Shown here one piece after another: positions 49,067-57,383 of a DNA stretch of 64,000 nt. The DNA is taken from IMG/VR virus record IMGVR_UViG_3300026442_000101. One strand, written 5' to 3'. A model generated the notes under the pieces. It was given only the letters and a program-made list of their open reading frames with translations. It did not search any database and was not told the origin of the DNA. The stretch comes from a virus (taxonomy: Duplodnaviria > Caudoviricetes). Each line of letters begins with the position of its first letter. Position 1 is the first letter of the stretch. A program made the translations under genes and the position numbers.

Positions 49067-50095
49067 ATGACGATTTCCGTTCGTAACGCGCTGGGTTATG
49101 CATTAACCCGGCCAGCCGGGACCAACACTCTGCGTAACGTCATTGGTTACGCGCTGACGTTACCGGCAGCTGATGCAGTCGTGAAAGGCGGCGACGTAAA
49201 TCTGCTGGCTTCTCGCGAGCAGATGTTGTACCAGCTCGTTGTCAAGAGCAACCCCAAGATGGCCAGCTACGCCGCTACCGACATTGCCTTCAGTAGCGTC
49301 ACTGCCATGAACGCCACTATAGCTCCAAGCGGCGGCTCGTCGCTGATGCCGGATACTTCGGCGATCGTGAAGGCAGCAGGCTCCGGTAGTATGATCGGAC
49401 AGCAGACCGTCTATTACCGCCGCATCGACATCAGCAAACTGTTCAAGGGCAGGACGCTGACGTTGAAGGTGCCCTACGCCATGGGCACGACTGCGATTAC
49501 GAGGGCTCAGGCTCTAGACTTCGCTGCTCAGCAGTTTGGCATCAGGATCCCTACCGATGACGTTAACTTCACGTCTTGGTCGTTCCCTGCAAACAATAGC
49601 CTCAGTATAGTCGGAACGAGTCCTTGTTTCAAAGGGACGCTGATCATCAGGGTTGAGCGCGATAAACAGCTCCTGAGTTCGGTGGTTGGGGATCGAACCT
49701 TTGCCGGCCGGTCTTGGCCAGATGCGATGATCGACGTGGGCGATGGAACCAAGCCGCAAGGCGAACTGCTGTTGTACGACATCGATTACAGTTCCCAGAA
49801 ATCGGTATTGAACAACCTATCTTCTGGCACAGTTCCTGACGTCAACACCACCGGGAGTCTTGCTGCTGCGATGAACGCAGTACCTAACAACTCAGGGTAC
49901 GCGTTTGGTAATCAGCGGTGCGATACCCCGCCTGGGATCTTACTGGCGCGAGCGACACGGTATACGCTGCCTAACGCAGCAATTCCCGAGGCCAACTCGG
50001 CGCAATACAATCGCTGTGTTGTTATCGAAAACGTCGATTACCCGCAGTATCCGTCGTGGTGGGCGGGGAAGATCATCCTTCATTACAATGTCTAA
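49067..50095 (+). CDS. YxRxD family with two N-terminal RNxxGYALT repeats
   Basis: VRNALGYALTRPA and LRNVIGYALTLPA; YYRRIDI; ends GKIILHYN. Confidence 0.65.
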   Translation: MTISVRNALGYALTRPAGTNTLRNVIGYALTLPAADAVVKGGDVNLLASREQMLYQLVVKSNPKMASYAATDIAFSSVTAMNATIAPSGGSSLMPDTSAIVKAAGSGSMIGQQTVYYRRIDISKLFKGRTLTLKVPYAMGTTAITRAQALDFAAQQFGIRIPTDDVNFTSWSFPANNSLSIVGTSPCFKGTLIIRVERDKQLLSSVVGDRTFAGRSWPDAMIDVGDGTKPQGELLLYDIDYSSQKSVLNNLSSGTVPDVNTTGSLAAAMNAVPNNSGYAFGNQRCDTPPGILLARATRYTLPNAAIPEANSAQYNRCVVIENVDYPQYPSWWAGKIILHYNV

Positions 50096-50106
50096 CGGGG
50101 CAACCT

Positions 50107-50601
50107 ATGTCAGTTTATACGGAATCCAGGGCTGATGTGATCGACCTGTTCCTGAAAAAGACTGGCTTGTCGATCCCGACGGCTGACCTCATCGTCAGCC
50201 GTCCGAAGGTGAACGATGATCCAGCTCGCCCTACAACCAACACCCAGGTCAAGTTTACGGTGGCGGATACCAACGCCAGCTACAGTGGTAGCGAGGTATT
50301 CCACTACAATCGGCTAGACTTGGCCAGGTTGGCAAACTACCCAGCGCCGGACTACCCGCCGATTACTAACGTCGGGGTGTCGGTATACGCGCTGCTAACG
50401 CAAATCAAAAACGCCATGGGGTTATCCTTCACCCCTGACGATTTGGTGGAGACGTTCGTGACCGGTACCGAAGGTAACACGTCCATCCTCCTCAAAGCCA
50501 AGACCACTTCGCTGGGATGGATCGGTGAGTTCAACCTACCGCTCGGTGTTCCGCCGCTGCTGAGCAGCATCTTCGTCAAAGACTTCGTTCTCTGGAGCTA
50601 G
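50107..50601 (+). CDS. YxRxD family, adaptor-only half
   Basis: HYNRLDL; SLGWIG; ATG at 50107. Confidence 0.65.
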   Translation: MSVYTESRADVIDLFLKKTGLSIPTADLIVSRPKVNDDPARPTTNTQVKFTVADTNASYSGSEVFHYNRLDLARLANYPAPDYPPITNVGVSVYALLTQIKNAMGLSFTPDDLVETFVTGTEGNTSILLKAKTTSLGWIGEFNLPLGVPPLLSSIFVKDFVLWS

Positions 50602-50603
50602 TA

Positions 50604-50948
50604 ATGGCTAACGATATCAATTGGGTCCGTTACGGATTCCACATCAACGACCCGGCCGTCAAGCCTGTCGCTGAGCAGTTCGAGACCGGTGAAATCGTCG
50701 ATATCGAGAAAGGTCAGTTGCTCGCTGATCTGATGAACGAGATCGATAAGAAGGAAGGTAAGGGTCAGTGGGTCAGTAATGACGAACTGCCCGGCAACTT
50801 CAACTTCAACGGCTGTTACGTCGACCACCGCGGGCCGAACAGCTTCAACTATCCGACCAAGGGTACCATGCAGAACGTGTTGATTCTGTCGTTCCCCTCC
50901 TCGGCTGTACAGCCGGTTGGTCGCATCTACATTCCCTACAACGACTAG
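50604..50948 (+). CDS. Stand-alone tip domain of the array family
   Basis: 114 aa ending NVLILSF...VGRIYIPYND, like the fused tip domains. Confidence 0.6.
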   Translation: MANDINWVRYGFHINDPAVKPVAEQFETGEIVDIEKGQLLADLMNEIDKKEGKGQWVSNDELPGNFNFNGCYVDHRGPNSFNYPTKGTMQNVLILSFPSSAVQPVGRIYIPYND

Positions 50949-50958
50949 GAGTTGAGTC

Positions 50959-52044
50959 ATGCCTATTCTTTCTGTTGAAGGGATGTTGGATGCCCTCCCC
51001 GGCGCCGGTCACAACAGTGCGAGCGTCGGTACGGCATTGCTTGGCAGTCCATACCTGATCTTCGCAAACTCTGCCGCCACCTTCAGTGAGGTGACCATCT
51101 CCAAGGATGTGAACGGTTGGCTGAACACCCGCACAGGCCCAGCCACCGGCACCACGACGCAGACCACCAAGTACTGCGGCATCAGCCGACTCCTTTCTGA
51201 CTACACGACGATTGCGGCGAGCACGTACCTTTACGGCGGGGTGCGTCTGAAGGTATTCGTCAACGCCACCCAGCTTCCAATCGTAACGCTCCATGACCGG
51301 AAGAGTCTTCCGAATACCCCCTCGAACCAGGTGGTCATCTTCAACTATCAGGATATCCCGGGCGGTGTGGTGGCTGGTCAAGAGTACTACTTCGAATGGG
51401 CCATCGATATGGCTGCCGGTAAGGTGTATCGTCGCCTTGATGGCAATCGTATTGCCGACGTTACCCTATCGGCCGCTAACATCACTGCGCTACTAGCGCA
51501 GGGGTTTGGTATCTGCTACGGCTTTGCGGCTGGTTACTCCGTGGCGATGTCCACTGTGGTCGGATACAGCATCAAAGACATCTATGTCGGCGAGAAAGTG
51601 GCTGGCGAGACTGTCGACTGGCTGGGGCCTCGCTCTGTGGTGCCTGTCGACTTCAACGCGTTGGATTCGCAGTGGCTTGCCAGTGCCGGCACACCGCTCA
51701 GCGCACTGCAGACCCCGATCAACGATAGCGCTTCGCTAAACGCGCCGTCGGTCACTTCCGATGTGGCGGGTACCCCTGGTACGTTCACCATGAACACCCC
51801 AGCGGTTACCGGCATTATCAATGCCGTAACGCTCACAGGCCTGGCCAAGCGGCAAGCAGGTTCGTTGGGCGGTCTGAAGGGCGCTATTAAGTCTGGCAAC
51901 AACCAGATCGATGGTCAGCCCAAGAACCTGGATCTTACCTACACCTACGTCACCCTCGGTCTGTATCCTAAGGCCCCAGGTAACGTGTCGTGGACTAAGG
52001 AACTACTGGGTTCGCTCAGCACCATCGTCACGCCGAGTAACTAA
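50959..52044 (+). CDS. Lectin/LamG-like beta-sandwich virion protein (paralog 2)
   Basis: YYFEWAID; IKDIYVG...WLGPRSVVPV; WT...L..L...VTP. Confidence 0.5.
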   Translation: MPILSVEGMLDALPGAGHNSASVGTALLGSPYLIFANSAATFSEVTISKDVNGWLNTRTGPATGTTTQTTKYCGISRLLSDYTTIAASTYLYGGVRLKVFVNATQLPIVTLHDRKSLPNTPSNQVVIFNYQDIPGGVVAGQEYYFEWAIDMAAGKVYRRLDGNRIADVTLSAANITALLAQGFGICYGFAAGYSVAMSTVVGYSIKDIYVGEKVAGETVDWLGPRSVVPVDFNALDSQWLASAGTPLSALQTPINDSASLNAPSVTSDVAGTPGTFTMNTPAVTGIINAVTLTGLAKRQAGSLGGLKGAIKSGNNQIDGQPKNLDLTYTYVTLGLYPKAPGNVSWTKELLGSLSTIVTPSN

Positions 52045-52086
52045 ACATCGCACGGGGAGTGGCGACACTCCCTACGAGGATTTCCC

Positions 52087-53223
52087 ATGCGCGGATTCAA
52101 CATCATCGGTCTCAATCACCTCCAGAAAGGCAAGCTCGGTGACATGAACGCTTGCTACGGATTTGGTTCCAGTCAATGGGAGCCGGTCGCCATTCGCAAC
52201 GCGACGAGCCAGGGTCAAGTTGGGTTGTACGTCAATACTGCCAACAAGCTGGTGTTTGCAGTAAACGACACGGTCGGAACAACCAAGGCCGGCTGCACTC
52301 AAATCAAGCTGTCTAAATTGATCGATAACGCAGCCGACGTCGCTGAGCTTACCATCGGTATGCGTCTTGATGCTGCGCCGTATACGCCGTCCATCACCAG
52401 CGCTTATCCACTGGTCTGCCTTTATGCGATACAGCCCGCTGTCGGCGCTACCAACGGACCACAATCCACTCTCGTGATACAGCCTTCTGCTAACGTCGCT
52501 GCAGCGTCTGGTTACTACGAGTTCGTATTCACCCTAACCGCCGTAGGTGCCGGCGGTGGTAGGATCGACATCTATCTGGATAAAGTCTTCCAGGGCTACA
52601 CCACGTTGGCATCCACGATCGGTCGAACCAACATTGGTAACTACTACCTCAGCTTCGGTCGTATGGCTATGGTTTGCTATAACAGCACGACTCCTGGGCT
52701 CGGTGGTGCGGATACGGTGCTCTTCACCATGGAGGACATTTACTGCGTGTACGACACCGTCGTTCAAGATGGTAGTACCCGTAAAGGTCCGATGAAGATC
52801 CGCCCTCTGGACGTCGATACCAACAACGATGTCGCGTGGCAGACTTCGGACGGCAGTGCTCGTGCAGCGTGCTTGAACCTCGCCGATCACCACGGCACTA
52901 TCTTGACGCCGTATGTCCTGTCCCCACTCGACATGACGGCCATCAAACTCAGACGCGTCACTACGCCGATCAGCGACAGCGACAAGATCCTCTGCATTGC
53001 TGGAGCGACTAGCGCTTCTCGTGACGTAGGGCAGTCAGCGAACATCTCGGCTAAGTGGAAGTTCAACTCTTCGGAATCGGCAGCTACCAGCTATCTGCCC
53101 ACTTCCGGAGACTACACCACGCAGAAGGACTTCCCGCTAGTCACTCTCCAGGCCATGCCGGACGGCTCACCCTTCACCAAGGCCAAGTTGGCTGACCTCG
53201 AGATGGTCCTGACTCCGGTATAA
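52087..53223 (+). CDS. Lectin/LamG-like beta-sandwich virion protein (paralog 3)
   Basis: GYYEFVF; MEDIYCVYD...RKGPMKIRPL; FT...L.DL..VLTP. Confidence 0.5.
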   Translation: MRGFNIIGLNHLQKGKLGDMNACYGFGSSQWEPVAIRNATSQGQVGLYVNTANKLVFAVNDTVGTTKAGCTQIKLSKLIDNAADVAELTIGMRLDAAPYTPSITSAYPLVCLYAIQPAVGATNGPQSTLVIQPSANVAAASGYYEFVFTLTAVGAGGGRIDIYLDKVFQGYTTLASTIGRTNIGNYYLSFGRMAMVCYNSTTPGLGGADTVLFTMEDIYCVYDTVVQDGSTRKGPMKIRPLDVDTNNDVAWQTSDGSARAACLNLADHHGTILTPYVLSPLDMTAIKLRRVTTPISDSDKILCIAGATSASRDVGQSANISAKWKFNSSESAATSYLPTSGDYTTQKDFPLVTLQAMPDGSPFTKAKLADLEMVLTPV

Positions 53224-53233
53224 CGAGGTCGTC

Positions 53234-53944
53234 ATGCCGCAAATCAAACTTAGGAACGCCCCACTCTACGTGGGTATGGTGGGCGATGCGCGAGTTAAGT
53301 TGCGTAACGCCCCGATGTATGTGGCGGTTCAGAGCCCACCTGTGGTAGAGTTCCGTAGCGTCAGGGCCTACGCTTTGACTCAACCAGCGAACACCACGCA
53401 GTTACGTAATGTTCGGATGTACGCGCTGGTGCAGATGGCGCCGCTTACCTATCTTGCCAAGGCAGGCGCGGTAGCTCTCCTCGAGGCTATCAACAAGGAA
53501 CATTCCAAAACCCTGACTGCGGAGCAGGTGTATTTCGAGAATCCCCAACCTCTGGCTGGTGATGATCACTTCAACTCGCAGATCACCATGAAGCCACATG
53601 CGGTGTTCCCGTATTCTGGACAAATGGTGTTCCGGTATAACCGATTCGTCATCGCTGACTTCTTCGCAGGTAAGGATACCAGTACCCTGCCAGCAGGTAG
53701 TCAGACCACCATCCACGGACGACTGGCGGCTATCAATAGTACGTTTGGGTGCTCGTTATCGACGACTGATGTCGTGAACGCTCCAGTGGCAGCTAATACC
53801 ACAGGCCTCACGCTCACCATCGCTACCACGAGTATTCTATTCGTACCAGGTAGTAAGATGTTCATCGGACAGTCGTTACCAGCCGACGATCTCTCGGTCA
53901 AGGCTCCGGTAACCGATCTCGGTGGTTTTGATGCAGAAGGCTAA
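53234..53944 (+). CDS. YxRxD family with four N-terminal LRNxxxY repeats
   Basis: KLRNAPLYV, KLRNAPMYV, FRSVRAYAL, LRNVRMYAL; RYNRFVI; ends VTDLGGFDAEG. Confidence 0.65.
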   Translation: MPQIKLRNAPLYVGMVGDARVKLRNAPMYVAVQSPPVVEFRSVRAYALTQPANTTQLRNVRMYALVQMAPLTYLAKAGAVALLEAINKEHSKTLTAEQVYFENPQPLAGDDHFNSQITMKPHAVFPYSGQMVFRYNRFVIADFFAGKDTSTLPAGSQTTIHGRLAAINSTFGCSLSTTDVVNAPVAANTTGLTLTIATTSILFVPGSKMFIGQSLPADDLSVKAPVTDLGGFDAEG

Positions 53945-53949
53945 GTAGA

Positions 53950-53986
53950 CAGCATACAGCCCCGGCGCGAGCCGGGGCTGTATGTC
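53950..53986. terminator. Bidirectional terminator with GCATA/TATG flanks
   Basis: gcatacagccccggc-gcga-gccggggctgtatg. Confidence 0.85.
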
Positions 53987-53994
53987 GCTTGGGA

Positions 53995-54519
53995 TTAACC
54001 CTCGGCGTCGAAGCCGTCCAGGTCAGTCACGGAAGCTGCTTCGTTCAGAGGAACGTCAGCGTCCGGTACGGACAGAACAGCAGCGAAGGTGCCGGTGTAC
54101 AGCAGGCTGCCAGCGTCGGCAACAACATCGGCCGAACCGTTGGTGTCTTCGTCAACCGGGCGAACGATGTTCGACAGGCTGATTTCCGATTCGATCAGAC
54201 CCAGCGCGGTAGCGACCTTGGTCAGGACCTGTGCGTCGGTATCGCCTTCAGCGATGACCACAGGGATGGCCTTGGCAGTAGCGATACCTTCGCCAGCAGT
54301 CAGCGCCCGACGGGTGTAGCTGAAGGTCTGGGTGCCGCTGAAGCCTTGGTTGTCGACAGCGGTGTAGGTGATGCTGGTGTTGCGACCACCAGTGCCAGCT
54401 TCGCTGACAACCGAGCCAGGAGTGATCTGGGCGGCGGTAGCGTTCAGGCTGGGGTTAGCAGCGTTGATCAGTGCCAGGACGTTAGCCGCGGCAGTGATGG
54501 CGATATTGACTTTAGCCAT
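53995..54519 (-). CDS. YxRxD family member on opposite strand, probably high-copy
   Basis: SYTRRAL; SLLYTG; ends VTDLDGFDAEG; strong codon bias. Confidence 0.65.
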   Translation of the reverse strand: MAKVNIAITAAANVLALINAANPSLNATAAQITPGSVVSEAGTGGRNTSITYTAVDNQGFSGTQTFSYTRRALTAGEGIATAKAIPVVIAEGDTDAQVLTKVATALGLIESEISLSNIVRPVDEDTNGSADVVADAGSLLYTGTFAAVLSVPDADVPLNEAASVTDLDGFDAEG

Positions 54520-54570
54520 GATGTTGAACCCTTCATGTTTGCGGTTAGGGACAGTCCTAACATAGCATCA

Positions 54571-54620
54571 GCGGCATAAGCCCCTACACCAGAGCCGTGA
54601 AGCCTGGTGTAGGGGAATGC
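54571..54620 (-). terminator. Hairpin closing ncRNA candidate A
   Basis: cccctacaccag...ctggtgtagggg 12-bp stem with gcata/aatgc flanks. Confidence 0.75.
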
Positions 54621-55242
54621 TCAAGGATCAGAAAGGCAACTACCCGACAATGGATACCTGGGGAGGAGATGCGCGGCTGCTACGCGCTCCATCGTCGTTA
54701 GGTCGACCAAGACTTTTGTCGCCCTTATCTCCGTTTCAGTGAGGTCAATACCCACCCATCAGATCGCCTATAATAGACGTGCACATCCATTACAAGCATC
54801 TGAAGGCTGCGTACTACGAGCCGCGTTGGTCGGCAGTCCATTTCCGTCTTTTACGATCATCGCTTCAGCCCACTGGACTGCGGGTCGAACCCGGAGCAGC
54901 GGTCCACTAGACCGACGGAGCGTGACGGCGTACCACGATTAACTGCCAAGCGCGAACATCGTGCAACAACTTGAGTACTCCTTGAAGCGTTGGCGTGCTT
55001 AACGAGTCCCCCGTACCCTTCGAAACTCTAATCACCGGCCAGGGGTCAGAGAGTCTCTCATATACTCCAATAGTCCAGGGTGAGGTTATTGGAGATGCCC
55101 TAAGGCATATCAAACACAAGAGTGTTTCACGCCATGTTTAACGTCTTGCGATCATCAGTGATAAGACGATCAGAGGACCAGCTGCCTTAGACAGTCAGGC
55201 GGCCAGCGAGGGAGTCCGGGATGCGCGGCTGGTCCTCTGATA
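54620..55242 (-). ncRNA. Large structured ncRNA candidate A (about 620 nt; strand tentative)
   Basis: No credible ORF; at least nine stems seen by eye; 12-nt direct repeat at 54668 and 55220. Confidence 0.55.
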
Positions 55243-55263
55243 TAATACTTTCATGTTTCGTAA

Positions 55264-55971
55264 TTATTCACGGATAGTTCGCACCATGTACTCGTTGGTC
55301 ATCTTGATGACGTTACCTAACTTAGTAGCCGCGTTGATGCGCTGGCAGAACTCTTTGAGGATCGGTCCACCGGACTGGGATTTACAGTTGAAGGTCAGTT
55401 GGATCATGCCGGCGAAGATACGGACTTCGATAAGCGGCACCGGCAGCAGGGTGGCTTGGATCACCTTGCCGTCGATATCGGTACGATATAGCACGTAATG
55501 GTAATCGAGATCACGAGTGCTATCAAGTACGACTTGGTTGATGCCGTAGAGGGCTTGCCGTATCGCATCACGATCGGCAGTGTCGGTGTCGTTAAACACT
55601 ACGCTGATACTTCCGCCAGTATCCTCACCACCAACCGAGACTACCTGCATACGCAGCAGGGCGTTAATGACATCACGATTGGCTTTGAGGTGATCCATGC
55701 TCGAGTCGAACTGTAACGCAGTGATCGCTAAGCTCGTGTCCACGCGGCGTGGTACGTTCTGTTCCTTGATGACGATCTCGACTTTACTGCCATCAAGGCT
55801 AGTCCAGTTACGGATATCCTCGCCAACGAGGTTGCGCTCTGCACGCAGATCCTCGCTGGTGATCTTAACCTCGTGACCGTACTCCTGCATCAGAGCACGC
55901 TCGATGATTGCCATGACGTGACTTTTACCGACGCCGGTCGAACCTTTAACGATGACTTCGAGCTTTTCCAT
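55264..55971 (-). CDS. Hypothetical protein with N-terminal P-loop-like motif
   Basis: VIVKGSTGVGKSHV; no clear Walker B. Confidence 0.6.
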   Translation of the reverse strand: MEKLEVIVKGSTGVGKSHVMAIIERALMQEYGHEVKITSEDLRAERNLVGEDIRNWTSLDGSKVEIVIKEQNVPRRVDTSLAITALQFDSSMDHLKANRDVINALLRMQVVSVGGEDTGGSISVVFNDTDTADRDAIRQALYGINQVVLDSTRDLDYHYVLYRTDIDGKVIQATLLPVPLIEVRIFAGMIQLTFNCKSQSGGPILKEFCQRINAATKLGNVIKMTNEYMVRTIRE

Positions 55972-56341
55972 TGGCTGCGATCTCTCTTTTGATGTATGAC
56001 CATTTGTTCATGATGCCCGCCGCAGCGCCGAGCGCTACGTCATGACAATCATTGTATTCAAACGCTACCTCCCTGAGACCAGGTCGTAGGGCTCCGACCT
56101 GCTTGTCGTCACGCTTAGCTTCGAGGACGACACAGTAGACCTCGTGTTTGACGAGGTGCGCCACGTACCGGGCAGCGTCACGCCACAGCTTGTTAGGGAC
56201 ATCATGGCAGGTCATCTTACGGACCTCATTGAGATAACCCTCAACCTTTAAGATGAGGACGTATTCGTCGCCAAGGAGTCGAAGTAAGTCTCGAGGTATT
56301 TGATGCCGCACACAGTCCAGCAGAAATGCTTCCAGTTCCAT
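55946..56341 (-). CDS. Hypothetical protein
   Basis: 131 aa; GGAGGT RBS. Confidence 0.6.
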   Translation of the reverse strand: MELEAFLLDCVRHQIPRDLLRLLGDEYVLILKVEGYLNEVRKMTCHDVPNKLWRDAARYVAHLVKHEVYCVVLEAKRDDKQVGALRPGLREVAFEYNDCHDVALGAAAGIMNKWSYIKREIAANGKARSHR

Positions 56342-56394
56342 GACGACCTCCGTTTATTCATTACATAGCCGTCATTGTTAAATGTATACGAACG

Positions 56395-56660
56395 GCATAA
56401 AGACCCGGCCGAAGCCGGGCATCTTGATCTTCATGTTGCCCGTCGTTGTACATGCGCATCCGGCTAGAGGCAGCGAACCGCCCGATAGGTTTCAGCTACA
56501 AGCATTGATAGGCGCGTTCAGCCTCAGGAAGAACGCTAAGGGGTGGCGTTGCCGCCATTGGGGTTCCATTCCTCAGGGAGCTGGACGAAACGGACGTCCT
56601 TACTGTGAGTTCAAGATCTAAATTGTGAAAGAGCTCAGAGAACAACTTGTGAGGGCATTC
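56395..56660 (-). ncRNA. Structured ncRNA candidate B (about 250 nt) with UUCG terminator hairpin
   Basis: Minus-strand GCAA and UUCG tetraloop hairpins; closing stem atcttga/tcaagat. Confidence 0.55.
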
Positions 56661-56698
56661 TCTACATAGTATATTGACATCATCCGTAAGTATTCACG

Positions 56699-56748
56699 CA
56701 AAAAAAAAAGAAAGTAGCACAGCCCGGCTTTCGCCGGGCTGTATGCTG
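56699..56748 (-). terminator. Terminator with CTTTCTTTTTTTTTT tail
   Basis: gca-cagcccggc-tttc-gccgggctg-tatgc. Confidence 0.85.
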
Positions 56749-57072
56749 TCAGTCTTTGCGACGTCTGAAGGATGTGATTGCTTTCTTGATGTAGGAGAGG
56801 TTCTTGATCTCGGAATACGGGACCGAGTTCTGCCGACAGAAATCTCTGTAGGCGATCAACTCCTCCATCTTCGAAAGCTGCACGTAGTGACTGATCTCAC
56901 CATCGGGTAGATAGTGGCGGATATAGATCATGTCGTCCTTGTGCTTACTTGGGTCAGCAGCTTCCCAGATGAGTCGCTCCTTACCGTGGATCGTATCTAC
57001 GAAGAGGTGGACGACAGTGCCGTCCTCATCCCCGTAGTGATCCTGACTGTGCTTGATGTACGGCTGTGTCAC
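56749..57072 (-). CDS. Hypothetical protein
   Basis: 107 aa, GTG start overlapping upstream stop. Confidence 0.55.
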   Translation of the reverse strand: MTQPYIKHSQDHYGDEDGTVVHLFVDTIHGKERLIWEAADPSKHKDDMIYIRHYLPDGEISHYVQLSKMEELIAYRDFCRQNSVPYSEIKNLSYIKKAITSFRRRKD

Positions 57073-57374
57073 GTAACTACCTCGTAGACTTTGTTGTACA
57101 GATCACGGATCTCCTTGAGGACCCGATCGCGATCACCTTTGTAGTCATGCGAGATGATTGTCTGCATGAGCCACGCTTCTGCCGCAGTGAGCTTGCGCTC
57201 GATATCTGCGATCTTCTCCAGGATCTTCTTGTGAAGAAACTCGATCTCCTCATCGATCTTCTTCTTATCCGCCTCGGTCCGAGGAGTTGGTTTGTATCGC
57301 TGGTAAGCTGCGTAACCTCCACCAGTGATCACGCCAGCTGCTATCAGAGCGGCTACTAACTTTGCTGCGTTCAC
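57069..57374 (-). CDS. Membrane-anchored coiled-coil protein
   Basis: GGAGGT RBS with GTG start; AALIAAGVITGGGYAAYQ. Confidence 0.6.
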   Translation of the reverse strand: MNAAKLVAALIAAGVITGGGYAAYQRYKPTPRTEADKKKIDEEIEFLHKKILEKIADIERKLTAAEAWLMQTIISHDYKGDRDRVLKEIRDLYNKVYEVVT

Positions 57375-57383
57375 GGTTACCTC

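Noticed and set aside
41821-54519. Diversity-generating retroelement as the source of tip variation
   Set aside because: There is no reverse transcriptase in the window and no near-identical template/variable repeat pair. The paralogs are deeply diverged.
54870-54905. gggttcgaccc, a T-loop-like element suggesting tRNA or tmRNA
   Set aside because: There is no 7-nt T-loop geometry, acceptor stem, CCA or GGGG 5' end. It is retained only as part of ncRNA A.
54907-55119. 70-aa minus ORF and short ORFs (MRDSLTPGR; TTG-start 20-mer after AAGGAG) inside ncRNA A
   Set aside because: Weak or badly spaced starts and non-phage-like codon use. A small peptide cannot be fully excluded without Ribo-seq.
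55239-55250. Plus-strand TATAAT hexamers (55241, 58063, 54769, 36645) as sigma70 promoters
   Set aside because: No -35 element sits at proper spacing, and they would point antisense into gene ends.
56578-56600. ggacgaaac, resembling the hammerhead GAAAC strand
   Set aside because: There is no upstream CUGANGA core, and tetraloop polarity points to the opposite strand.
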